DNA from: Myxococcales bacterium
Lineage (GTDB): Bacteria > Myxococcota_A > UBA9042 > JABWCM01 > BTVJ01
Length of the DNA stretch: 64,000 nt
Direction: 5' to 3'
Assembly: GCA_045863395.1 (NCBI GenBank)
Contig: BTVJ01000041.1
Location: 1-64,000, forward strand
Both the position numbers and the translations under genes were made by a program. How positions within the stretch are numbered: the stretch's first letter is position 1; each line of letters starts with the position of its first letter. Under the pieces are notes generated by a model that saw only the letters and a list, made by a program, of their open reading frames with translations, ran no database searches and was not told the origin of the DNA. Positions 7,601-16,160 of the stretch are shown one piece after another.

Positions 7601-10091
7601 GTGCGTGGCCTGGCGCTGCCGCGGGACGGTGGAGCCGGTCGAGGAGCTGGCCGACGACTACGACCTGAGCATGCTGGACCAGCCCTTCGCCATGCTCCGG
7701 CCCCGCGAGCACTCGGCGCAGGTCCCGCGGGAGAGCCGCGAGCGGGTCGAGCGGCTCTTCAAGGGCCCCTCCGAGGCGGTGAACACGCTGGTCTGCACCC
7801 CGACGCTGGAGCTGGGCGTGGACATCGGGGAGCTCGACGCGGTGCTCATGCGCAACGTCCCGCCGCTCCCCGCCAACTACTGGCAGCGCGCCGGCCGCGC
7901 AGGACGCCGCAACCGCATGTCGGTGAACCTCACCTACGCGCGGCAGGCGAGCCACGACCGTGCCTTCTTCGCCGACCCCATGAAGATGCTCGCCGGGCCC
8001 ATCGACCCGCCGAGCTTCAACCTCCGCAACGAGGAGATGGTGCGAAAGCACGTCCACGCGGCGGTCCTGACGGAGCTCCAGCAGGTCGCGCGGCGGCGGG
8101 GCCCGCTCCACCCGGGACGCGACGAGGTCGCGCACGCCTTGAGCACGTGCTTCCCCACGCGCATCAGCGCCTGGCTCTTCGACTCGGCGGGCAACGTGCG
8201 CACAGGCCACTACGACGTGACCTCCCTCGGCGCCGTGATCGCGCGGCACCGGGCGCGCCTGCTCCAGACCGTCGAGCGGGTCTTTGCGCAGAGCTGGCCA
8301 GCCGAGGCCGCGCAGGTGGTGACGCCTGCTCGCCTCGGCGCGGCGGTGGACGCCATGCCCGGGAGGCTCGACGAGATCGTGCGGCGTGTCGAGCGGCGGC
8401 TGGCGTGGGCCATGCGAGAGCAGGACCGCCTCGACGCGCTGCGCCGGACCAGGGGCAGCCTGGAGCCTGACGAGGAGGCGACGTGGGCCCGGTGCTCGAA
8501 GCTCATCAAGCGGCTCAAGGGGGTCGCGAAGGCAAAGGGGGCCGACGCGTCGGGCCAGGACGACACCTACACCTACGCGGTCCTGGCGGCCGAGGGCTTC
8601 CTGCCCGGGTACGGGCTCGAGACGGGCACCGTTGTCGTCACCTACGTGACGCCGCGAGGGTCGAGCGAGCTGCGCGAGTGGGAGCTGCGCCGCGGGACCT
8701 CGCTCGCGTTGCGGGAGAGCTCCCCCGGCAACCTGCTCTACGCCAACGGCCACCGGTTCGTGCCGCGGCAGTTCCACCTGGACCCGGACCCTCCCTTGGC
8801 GCTCCGGGTGGATCCGAGCCGTGAGGTGGTCGTGGAGGCGACCGGCGATGCGCTCTCCGGCCTGGGGGACGCGCTGCTGCCGGCCGTGCGGGTGAGCGAC
8901 GTGGACCTCGCCCACTTCTCCCAGATCTCCGACGAAGAGGAGGTGCGGTTCCAGGTGAGCGTCGCGACCTGGGGCTACGAGCAGGACCGGCACGAGGGCG
9001 GCGCGGCGTGGCTCTGGGGGACGATGGCCGTGCAGCACCGGCGCAGCGTGCACCTGCGCCTGGTCAACGTCGGCGTGTCCTCGCTCGTCCAGGGCACAGC
9101 GCTCGGGTATCCGGTGTGCGAGACCTGCGGGCAGAGCCGGTCGGCGCTGTCGAGCGCCAAAGAGATCGAGCACTTCAGCAAGGTCCATGAGGACCGGTGC
9201 GGTGTGCGCCCGCGGCGCGTCGGCTTCTACGCGGACGTCGTCGCGGACGCGCTCTCCCTGCTCGACCTCCCGGACCGCGGCGTCGCCTGCAGCGTGGTCG
9301 AGGCGCTGCGTCACGGGGCGGCCGACGTCCTGGAGATGGAGCTCGACGACCTGCAGATCCTGGCCCTGGCGCACGCGGGCGACGACCGCGTCGACATGGC
9401 GCTCTACGACCCGATGCCAGGCGGCTCGGGGCTGCTCGACCAGATGGTCGAGCGCTGGCCCGACGTGGTCGAGGCGGCGCTGCGGGTGGTCCGCGACTGC
9501 CCCTCCCGGTGTGACACCTCGTGCCCTGACTGCCTCCGCGAGTTCCGCAACGCGTGGGTCCACCGCCACCTCGACCGGCGCCGCGCCGAGGAGCGGCTTG
9601 CCGCGCTGGGAGACGCCCTGCGGCCGACCCACCCCATCCCGCCGCGGCTGCCGGCTCGGGCCGCGGCAGGCGCGCCGGACACCCCCGGGGAGGCGACGCT
9701 GCACGCGATGCTGGAGCGCGCCGGCCTCGGGGGCTTCAGCATCCACGAGCGCGTCGACCTGGGCCGCCCGGTGGGAGCGACGATCCCCGACGTGTACTAC
9801 GCCGACCCGACCGGGCGCTCGGACGGCCTGTGCGTCTACCTGGACGGCATGAGCCGGGCGCTCCACGGAGACCCGGAGCGGGGGCGCCTCGACGCGCAGA
9901 TCCGAGCCGCCCTGGAGGGCCGGGGCTACGAGGTCCGCGCCATCGCCCAGTCGGACCTCACGGACCGGCAGGCGATGGCGACCCACTTCTACTGGATCGC
10001 GCGAAGGCTGCTACCAGACCGCCAGTCCGCCGACCGCCTCCGCGACGAGCCGACGTGGTTCGAGTCACAGGTCCCGCCGTCCGGGTCCTGA
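4689..10091 (+). CDS. Large SF2 DEAD/DEAH-box helicase (YprA/DruE-like) with Zn-binding CxxC motifs, DUF1998 and a C-terminal Vsr/DUF559-like nuclease domain (1800 aa)
   Basis: STGTGSGKT, VYPMNALAEDQ, DEAH, ATSAT, LLVFTDNRQDA, HSAQ, TPTLELGVDIG, QRAGRAGRR; DUF1998-like YDPMPGGSG...C..C..SCPDCL; tail PDVYY...VYLDG...HG...D..IR..LEGRGYEV. GTG start after GGAGGTG. Confidence 0.92.
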   Translation: MLNPITYTERVVEDFLRYQLTTYPFTDERLARQMRELLSLARSRETPLLRGPYVSLSRPFEEGPTVASLVAEGLFHPHMVNLIPHPTLYGHQGAAVRHIIAERRPTIVSTGTGSGKTECFLYPIISRCLALRDEPDGIVAVVVYPMNALAEDQLGRLRALLCGTGVTFGMYVGGTPERDAEVAGVVLRQGASKADYERALEEQAAEQSGRAVHPPEERASREAMRSRPPRILLTNVKQLEYLLTRQKDVELFDGARLELLVFDEAHTFSGAAGAESACLVRRLREFCGRSAEQTVCVATSATIADPHGAADAPRHFASRFFGVAPDSVAVVTERYARAPWPDERVVPPALAGAANIHLDNVLSALRSVEDQPAVPGSMELLRRTFESMTGTTLDRHRWRESLYERLAGNEVVYQVAAALERPRPLAELVEALAARVGRPVPEEEVLLWLALGAAARDDGRPLLRPVVHAFVRGVGGAVVTFADGADDPVLWLSAEDAGGAGSGQRARLPVLSCTTCGQHYFEHHLEDFGLTDRAPSGGRTDGHRRHWRPLDAAQEDSRRVVLLDRSIGDEGEDGDAPKDAVALALCRRCGTASLDTEPCSQCGSGAPVPLLVVRQKHDRPGKLTRCVSCGTSGRVVMGRYREPARPVRALAVADVHVLAQSLIQHAERRRLLVFTDNRQDAAFQAGWMQDRARRYRLRALMAERLRRGPVGVSDLAGWLDALMDQDDDLSRVLVPEVWRKVPKSKVGVEHQHERRYFLTIQVLREITTSPRQRIGLEPWGRLRVEHEGLDATLPFFLQWAPVLGCSAAELRDGVATLLDGFRRRLLLHHPSGLYSRFWRDGAPEVVAGYLPLLEGVPKGLKLRRDRDDDERRIDQLIPSRNQTVTTQAALRWGVPEGDVVGFVEALWRLLTELGLLVPVTLRGVSPRLTPLPRCAGAHQIDADRLLLTASSKVWRCRVCRRTQARRTPGAACVAWRCRGTVEPVEELADDYDLSMLDQPFAMLRPREHSAQVPRESRERVERLFKGPSEAVNTLVCTPTLELGVDIGELDAVLMRNVPPLPANYWQRAGRAGRRNRMSVNLTYARQASHDRAFFADPMKMLAGPIDPPSFNLRNEEMVRKHVHAAVLTELQQVARRRGPLHPGRDEVAHALSTCFPTRISAWLFDSAGNVRTGHYDVTSLGAVIARHRARLLQTVERVFAQSWPAEAAQVVTPARLGAAVDAMPGRLDEIVRRVERRLAWAMREQDRLDALRRTRGSLEPDEEATWARCSKLIKRLKGVAKAKGADASGQDDTYTYAVLAAEGFLPGYGLETGTVVVTYVTPRGSSELREWELRRGTSLALRESSPGNLLYANGHRFVPRQFHLDPDPPLALRVDPSREVVVEATGDALSGLGDALLPAVRVSDVDLAHFSQISDEEEVRFQVSVATWGYEQDRHEGGAAWLWGTMAVQHRRSVHLRLVNVGVSSLVQGTALGYPVCETCGQSRSALSSAKEIEHFSKVHEDRCGVRPRRVGFYADVVADALSLLDLPDRGVACSVVEALRHGAADVLEMELDDLQILALAHAGDDRVDMALYDPMPGGSGLLDQMVERWPDVVEAALRVVRDCPSRCDTSCPDCLREFRNAWVHRHLDRRRAEERLAALGDALRPTHPIPPRLPARAAAGAPDTPGEATLHAMLERAGLGGFSIHERVDLGRPVGATIPDVYYADPTGRSDGLCVYLDGMSRALHGDPERGRLDAQIRAALEGRGYEVRAIAQSDLTDRQAMATHFYWIARRLLPDRQSADRLRDEPTWFESQVPPSGS

Positions 10092-10138
10092 GCCTTGCCC
10101 GACACATGCCCCCCCTCCTCCATTTCCGCGCTGCCTCC

Positions 10139-10858
10139 TCACTGGGCCTGCGACTCAAGTTGCGTGGCGCGGCGCCTCCGCACCACTCCCTCGGCGACGA
10201 GCACCAGGAGGACGACGCCCGCCGGAATCCCCACGAGGCCCGTATAGACCCAGAAGACGAAGACGGGCGTCCACGGGTCGTCGCCGAAGCTCGGGACTCT
10301 ACCCGCCACCACCATCAGGAGCGCCGGGAGCGTGACGAGCTGGTACCCGTAGGTCAGGGTTCCCATGAACGCGCCCGCGGGGCGGATGCGAACCCAGATG
10401 CGCCACACGAGCAGGCACCACACCAGAACGGACGCCCCGTAGGTCATGTGGGCCATGGGGACCCATGTCCACACGTCGGTGCGCAGCGCGACGGGGAGCG
10501 CCCCGACCAGCGCCATGCCCAGCCACCCCACGAGCATGAGTCGCAGCCGGCGCCAGGGCACCTCCAGCGCCGGAATGGCCGGCCTGAACAGCACGGAGAG
10601 ACCCCACAGAACAAGGGCCGTCACCCCGAGCGCCACCGGAGCGGTCAGCAGCACCGCGGCGCCGGCCTCCTCGACGGTCGGGTTGCACTTCGCCGCCAAG
10701 AGCAGCGGCGACAGTCCGGCCGCGAGCAGCCGCAGTCCAGGCCGGGCGCCCGTGGCGGCTTGGCCTGATCGACGTCGAAGACGACGTTGGAGTAGATGAG
10801 CACGCACTCGGCGAGCCTCCCTGCAGGTGCGCCCTTCGCTCGTTGGAAGGGCCAACAT
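10139..10858 (-). CDS. Hypothetical integral membrane protein (start uncertain)
   Basis: About 5 hydrophobic segments in the C-terminal 180 aa, ending in a basic tail. Confidence 0.6.
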   Translation of the reverse strand: MLALPTSEGRTCREARRVRAHLLQRRLRRRSGQAATGARPGLRLLAAGLSPLLLAAKCNPTVEEAGAAVLLTAPVALGVTALVLWGLSVLFRPAIPALEVPWRRLRLMLVGWLGMALVGALPVALRTDVWTWVPMAHMTYGASVLVWCLLVWRIWVRIRPAGAFMGTLTYGYQLVTLPALLMVVAGRVPSFGDDPWTPVFVFWVYTGLVGIPAGVVLLVLVAEGVVRRRRATQLESQAQ

Positions 10859-10930
10859 GAGAGCAGCAATCGCTGGAGCTCGTCAACCCCGGACCGCAGC
10901 ACCGGCCAGCGTGGCCGCCCCGCTCTACGA

Positions 10931-13390
10931 CTACGGGCACCCTGGCATCGGGCAGGGGCCGTCCTCGCACGGCTCGAAGATGCGGACGAGCCAGATGTTC
11001 TCGTCTTCGTAGTACGTGTTCCCGGCGAGCGCGGCGCCGCCGGGCGCGGCGGCGAGGATCCCCATGGGGCTGGGAGGATCCGGCAGGCCCGTGAGCCCCC
11101 ACAGCGTGCCGTCTGGGGTCACGTGGCCGTACCAGAAGGGGGTGTCCTTCTGCCAGGTCTTGCCGAACAGCGTTGCGCCGGTTCCGTCAGAGACGCCATG
11201 CCAGATGGGGGTGGTGAGCTTCTTCTCCCACACGACCGAGCCGTCGCTGCCGAGCCGCCGGAGCCACCCGCTCTCCACCTTGCCCCCGCCGCTGGTGTCC
11301 ATGCCCTCGCCGCCCGCGAGGAAGTCGCCATCGGGCATTGCGATCAAGAAGCGGGTCGTGTCGTTGATCGGGGTCGGATAGGTCGTGTCGGACAGCGTCA
11401 CCAGCTCGTGGTCGGTCACCACCAGGCGGACGTCCCCATAGCCTGGCGCGGGCGTCGTCACATAGCCGAGCATGCCGACCGTGTCCTCCGTCGAGGCGAC
11501 GCGACGGAGCCCGCCGATGGTCGCCGGGCCGCCGACCCAGGCGGTCTCTCCCTGAAGCTCGCCGCCAGCGTCGATCCGAAACGCCCACGGGTAGGAACCT
11601 CCCAGTCCGCCGACGTGCCCGACGATCACGTAGCCACCGCCGGGGAGCGGAGCAATCGCATAGGCATACTCTTCCGAAGGGCCCCCGACTGCCGTCGTCC
11701 ACTCAAGCGAACCATCCGGCGCGGTCCTGCCGACCAGCACGTTTGGTTGCGCCGGCACTCCCCCAACCACCACCCACACCGTGCTCCCGTCCGGATCGAC
11801 CGAGAGGGCCCGGATCTCCGTGTGCGCGGAGACCGGGTACGTCTTCGCCCAGAGCAATGTCCCCTCCTCGTCCACGCGGAGCAGGTGCGGCTGGGACATC
11901 TCCAGCGCTGACGGACTGAAGGCACCGCCCACGACGAAGCCGCCCTGTGGGTGAGCTGCCACGGCCAACGCACTCTGCAAACCCTTGGCCTTGTAGATTC
12001 GCGTCCACCCCTGGAGGGCGCTCGGCACGCAGACGCCGTCGTCGCACTGCCCGCCGAGCGCGCAGCCCGCCGGCTGGCATGGACCCGCGGCCGCCACGTT
12101 GCGGCACCCGATGGCGGGGTCGCACGAGTCCGCGGTGCACGGGTTGCCATCGTCGCAGACCACCGGGCTTCCGGCACACTGACCGGAGACGCACACGTCG
12201 TCGACCGTGCACGCGCTGCCGTCGTCGCAGGGCGCCCCGGGCTCTGCGACGAGCGGATCGCAGTCCGACGCCATGTGGCACTGTCCATCGACGCACCGTG
12301 GCTTCGCGTCCTCTTCGCAGGTCGCCTTCCCCGCGTAGCATCCGACCCACATGAAGTGAGCGCAGTAGTCGACAGCCACTGACTCGGCAGCCGCGACGAA
12401 CGCGTCGGCCTCGCTGGAGGCAACGGCGACGGGACAGCTCGCGCCACACGGTGACTTCAGGAGCACCTCCTGACAGCCGGCGTCTTCGGTGCAGCCGCCA
12501 TGAGCGGAGGCCGCGGCGGCAATCTGCTCCTTGGACGCGGCGATGGCAGCCGCGCACGTCAAGCAGCCCTCGACCGTCTTGACGTGGTTGGCCGGGCACC
12601 CCGGGGAGCACTTCACCCCAAGGCAGAACTCCGTCGACATGCAGTATTTCAGCCCCTGGGCGTTGCAGGTGCACCAAGAGGTGGGGCCGCACTCCCCGCA
12701 GCAACACATCTTCCCCATCGGGCACACCATCGGGAAGCTGCAGACAGCGTTGGGCGGGAACGTACCCATCTCGTCGGGGCACTTCGTCAGGATGATCGGG
12801 CCTGTGCCGTCGGATGAATCATCCGTTGCGTCTTGCGCCCCGTCCGCGTACGACTCGGTCGCGTCGACTGGCGCACCTGAGTCTCCGGGCGACTCCACGT
12901 CGGTTGGGTCCGGCATGTCACCGTGCGTCTGCCCGTCGGTCGGTCCCGGCGCGTCGCTTGGCGCCTGTGCGTCCTGGAATCCTTGCCCATCGGTCAATCC
13001 CACGGCGTCTTCATGCTGCTGTCCCAAATCATCGGCGGCTCCTCCGCTATCGCCCTGCGGGGCTGCCCCTCCGTCGCCCGGCGACGAGTCTGCGGCGGCC
13101 CGCGTCACGCCATCGGAGACGGCGCCGTCGGAGGGCAGCGCACTGCTGTCCGGCGCAGAAGCGTCCAGCGATGCGCCAGCCTCGGGTCCCTCTCCTCGGG
13201 GAGTCAGGTCGGTGATCTGGTCCTCCGCCGTGGAGCCCGCGCTGCCATCCTGAGCTGCGGCGCTGCCACCCACGTCCGAAGGCGTCAAACCGCACGAGGT
13301 CTGGAACAGCGCGACCGCGCCGAGGAGGCTCAGGCGACCGAGCCACTGGGACGGGCAGACGAGCGACGTGGGAGTCAGACCGCGTACCAT
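10931..13390 (-). CDS. Secreted Cys-rich lipoprotein with Asp/Ala-rich linker, CDDGxxCT repeats and a C-terminal beta-propeller-like region
   Basis: GGAGG RBS; signal ending FQTSC; CDDGSACTVDDVC and CDDGNPCTADSCDP repeats; repeated D.xG.xxW.K.Y blades. Confidence 0.8.
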   Translation of the reverse strand: MVRGLTPTSLVCPSQWLGRLSLLGAVALFQTSCGLTPSDVGGSAAAQDGSAGSTAEDQITDLTPRGEGPEAGASLDASAPDSSALPSDGAVSDGVTRAAADSSPGDGGAAPQGDSGGAADDLGQQHEDAVGLTDGQGFQDAQAPSDAPGPTDGQTHGDMPDPTDVESPGDSGAPVDATESYADGAQDATDDSSDGTGPIILTKCPDEMGTFPPNAVCSFPMVCPMGKMCCCGECGPTSWCTCNAQGLKYCMSTEFCLGVKCSPGCPANHVKTVEGCLTCAAAIAASKEQIAAAASAHGGCTEDAGCQEVLLKSPCGASCPVAVASSEADAFVAAAESVAVDYCAHFMWVGCYAGKATCEEDAKPRCVDGQCHMASDCDPLVAEPGAPCDDGSACTVDDVCVSGQCAGSPVVCDDGNPCTADSCDPAIGCRNVAAAGPCQPAGCALGGQCDDGVCVPSALQGWTRIYKAKGLQSALAVAAHPQGGFVVGGAFSPSALEMSQPHLLRVDEEGTLLWAKTYPVSAHTEIRALSVDPDGSTVWVVVGGVPAQPNVLVGRTAPDGSLEWTTAVGGPSEEYAYAIAPLPGGGYVIVGHVGGLGGSYPWAFRIDAGGELQGETAWVGGPATIGGLRRVASTEDTVGMLGYVTTPAPGYGDVRLVVTDHELVTLSDTTYPTPINDTTRFLIAMPDGDFLAGGEGMDTSGGGKVESGWLRRLGSDGSVVWEKKLTTPIWHGVSDGTGATLFGKTWQKDTPFWYGHVTPDGTLWGLTGLPDPPSPMGILAAAPGGAALAGNTYYEDENIWLVRIFEPCEDGPCPMPGCP

Positions 13391-13653
13391 GGAACCTCCG
13401 TCCGGCTGCCGCCGTGAGGCGAAGCCCGTCACCCTCGGTGGTTGACACCGCGGGCACCTGCGACACGGCCGGCTGGCTCGTCCGACGCGGCGCCTGGGCC
13501 CCCCAAGGGGAACCCCCACACCACGGGCCTGCAAGCCTCCGAGCGGGCGACGGCCCTCAGGCACCGATCCGCGGAGCATGACACGCTCCCATGGCGGCAG
13601 CAGCTCATGACTGGAGTCTACCCCTGCCGGGTGTCCCCACCAAGGCCAAGTGC

Positions 13654-16020
13654 TCAGGACGGGTGTGCGGCAGGGATATGGCGCGCCACGTCGAGCTGTG
13701 ACGTTCCCGCACGTGCACGAACAAGGATGAATGGGCTGGTGCTCCCATCGGGCGTGAAACGGGCGTGTACTGGCCCTGTCATCTCCAGAACACCACCGGA
13801 TGCGACCCAGGTGACCGTGGCTTCGCCCTCCCCTGTGACCCGGGCGCACAGATCGAGGGAGTCCCCCAGCCGCCGTGCCTCCATCCTTACGCGGAAGGAG
13901 CGGTCCAGGGGACCCGACCGCTCGGCGCGTGGGAGGTCGCCAAATGTCACATCCGGCGGCGGCGGGTCGACCACGGTGGGGGCATCCGCTGCGTCAGGCA
14001 CGTCGTCGGGCAGCGGCGCGTCGCTCCAGGCGTCCAGGACATCGGGCGGCAGGGGATCCCAGACCAGGGGCACGTCGGCCGTGTCTGCGCCCGCGTCCGG
14101 GGGCAGGGAGTCCCACTCCATCCGCGAGCCCTCATCCACGAGGGCCGCGTCCAGGGCGTCGCCGACGTCGGGGGGCAGCGGGTCCAGCACATCCCAGGTG
14201 GCGGCGTCCGGGGGCAGCGGGTCGACCACCTGAACGTCGAACGTCGCATCCGGGGGCGCCGGGTCCACCACCTGCGTGTCCACACCCTGGTGGCCGGCGT
14301 CTTGGTCGTTCGTCACGGGCGACGTGCACCCCTGCACCGCGACCGCCGCCGCCATCATGGCCGCCGTGCGCGCCATGTGCAGGCCCCGGACGGGCGCCAG
14401 GAGCGCGACCGAGCGCGGCCGGGCCCACGCCTCCATCTGGCGCCTGAGCTCCTCCATGCGGGGCCAGAACCATGCGTCGGCACGGGCCACCTCCTCCGCG
14501 AGGGCCTCCGTGAAGGCGACGACCTCCTCGTCGCTGCGCCCGGAGGCGGACACGAAGCGCCGCGCGCGCGTCAGCTTCTCCAAGGTGTCGGCCCCGAGGG
14601 CGCGGGTCAGCGAGAGCACCTCCAGCCCGAAGGCGCGCGCCTGCGGGCCCGGGTGGAACCAGGCGAGCAGCGCCGCGAGATACCCGATTCCGCTCAAGGC
14701 GTTGGCTGTGCTCTGCTCACCGAAGTTGCGAGGTCCGAAGGCCACCGCCGTGATGCGGAACAGCCGCTCCACGCGAGGGTCCTCGATGGTGTAGGTCATG
14801 CCATCGAGGCCGCCCCGGAGCCTCCCCGCGTCCCGCAGCCGCTGCTCCAGGACGCTGCCCGGATAGACCTCCGTGCGACAGAAGTTCCATGGGAAATCGA
14901 GACTTCCCCGAAGAAAGCTCAAGTTCTCGTCGATGTCAGTGAGGGTCGTGTCCGGCTCGAAGAGCAGCACGTTGAAGCAGGCGAAGACCCCGGCATCGCG
15001 GAGCAGGTCCAAGGCGCGGGCACACGCCGCGACCGTGGTGCGGCGGCCCAGGTGGTCGAGGCCGGCCTGGCTCCCGTTCTCGACGCCCACGTAGAGGCGC
15101 ACGACGCCCATGCGCCGCGCCTCGTGGAGCAGCTCCCGCGACAGCTCGTCCGGGCGACACTTGGCCACGAGGGAGACCTTGCCGACCCCATGCCCATCCA
15201 GAGCGAGGCGAAGCGACCGGAGCCGCTCCAGCGTGTGGGCGGGCTTGGGCAGGAAGAAGTTCTCGTCGTGGAAGCAGAAGATGCGCGCCTCGCGGCTGCG
15301 ATACAGGCTCGCCATCTCCGCCGCGATGGCCTCGGGGGAGCGCAGCCGCACGCGGGGCCCCGTCCGCCCGCGGTGGTACGTGTGGATGGAGCAGTAGGTG
15401 CAGGACTGCCAACACCCGCGGCTCCCGAGGATGGGCGCAAACCCCAGCCCCAGGTGGCGCGCGCCGGGCCCCGACCGGAGGGGCAGGTCCAGGGTGTCCA
15501 GGTCGCGGGGGACCTCGCGGGGTGGCGTGGCGCCCGGGCGGCCACCGGGCAGGCGGAAGGCGACGCCGCTCACCCGGGACAGGCGCTCGAGGACAGGCGA
15601 CGCCAGGACCCGGTGGGACCCGCCCACCGGGAGGGGCGCGCCAACCAGCGCCGCTGCTACGTCCACGAGGGTCTGCTCGCCGTCGTGGCGCACGACCACG
15701 TCCACCTCGGGCACACCGTCGAGGATCTGGCCAGGGCGGGCCGTCGGGATGTGCCCGCCCCACACGATGAGCCCGTTGACGCTGGCAGCGCGCAGGTCCC
15801 GCGCCAGCGCCCGGAAGTCCCCCAGGCGGTGCTGGAACGCCACGGACATGCCGATGAGCTCAGGCCGGGTCATTCGGAGGCGGCCCACCACCTGCCTCCG
15901 CTCCTCCGGCGTGTCGAAGCCCACGATCTCGACGCTGTGACCAGCCCGAACGAGCGGGGTCGCCAGGTAGCGGACGGCCAGGTTCTCTTCCAGATCGGCG
16001 CCGACGAGCGCGACACGCAT
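13654..16020 (-). CDS. Cobalamin-binding (class B) radical SAM enzyme fused to a lipoprotein-like segment with VxDPxPPD repeats and a small beta-rich C-terminal domain
   Basis: N-terminal B12-binding fold (ENLAVRYLA...LIGMS...IVWGGHIPT...HDGEQT), SRGCWQSCTYC CxxxCxxC, FHDENF, LYVGVENGS, YPGS. GGAGG RBS. A single open frame runs to 13654. Confidence 0.9.
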   Translation of the reverse strand: MRVALVGADLEENLAVRYLATPLVRAGHSVEIVGFDTPEERRQVVGRLRMTRPELIGMSVAFQHRLGDFRALARDLRAASVNGLIVWGGHIPTARPGQILDGVPEVDVVVRHDGEQTLVDVAAALVGAPLPVGGSHRVLASPVLERLSRVSGVAFRLPGGRPGATPPREVPRDLDTLDLPLRSGPGARHLGLGFAPILGSRGCWQSCTYCSIHTYHRGRTGPRVRLRSPEAIAAEMASLYRSREARIFCFHDENFFLPKPAHTLERLRSLRLALDGHGVGKVSLVAKCRPDELSRELLHEARRMGVVRLYVGVENGSQAGLDHLGRRTTVAACARALDLLRDAGVFACFNVLLFEPDTTLTDIDENLSFLRGSLDFPWNFCRTEVYPGSVLEQRLRDAGRLRGGLDGMTYTIEDPRVERLFRITAVAFGPRNFGEQSTANALSGIGYLAALLAWFHPGPQARAFGLEVLSLTRALGADTLEKLTRARRFVSASGRSDEEVVAFTEALAEEVARADAWFWPRMEELRRQMEAWARPRSVALLAPVRGLHMARTAAMMAAAVAVQGCTSPVTNDQDAGHQGVDTQVVDPAPPDATFDVQVVDPLPPDAATWDVLDPLPPDVGDALDAALVDEGSRMEWDSLPPDAGADTADVPLVWDPLPPDVLDAWSDAPLPDDVPDAADAPTVVDPPPPDVTFGDLPRAERSGPLDRSFRVRMEARRLGDSLDLCARVTGEGEATVTWVASGGVLEMTGPVHARFTPDGSTSPFILVRARAGTSQLDVARHIPAAHPS
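13945..14280 (-). repeat. Peptide-level repeats inside the rSAM gene: VVDPAPPD, VVDPLPPD, VLDPLPPD, EWDSLPPD, VWDPLPPD, WSDAPLPD, VVDPPPPD
   Basis: Read from the translation of ORF 13654..16083. Confidence 0.9.
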
Positions 16021-16160
16021 GACCCACCTCCACGAGCGGCAGCGTCGCGGCCCAGTGTATAGGGCCCGACCGCGCGTGCTCATGGAGATACACCAGGACG
16101 GTTACAGCGACTGATGCCAGCAGGCCAGGATGTGGAACATCGGTTACACAACGACCTTGT

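Noticed and set aside
4515..9986. 1823-aa antisense ORF, and similar long shadow ORFs such as 52975-57621, 59734-63540 and 1659-3587
   Set aside because: These are antisense or off-frame shadows of high-GC genes, with Arg/Pro/Ala-rich translations and no motifs.
16021..16160. Cobalamin riboswitch upstream of the B12 radical SAM gene
   Set aside because: The region is short and I could not find the conserved B12-box elements.
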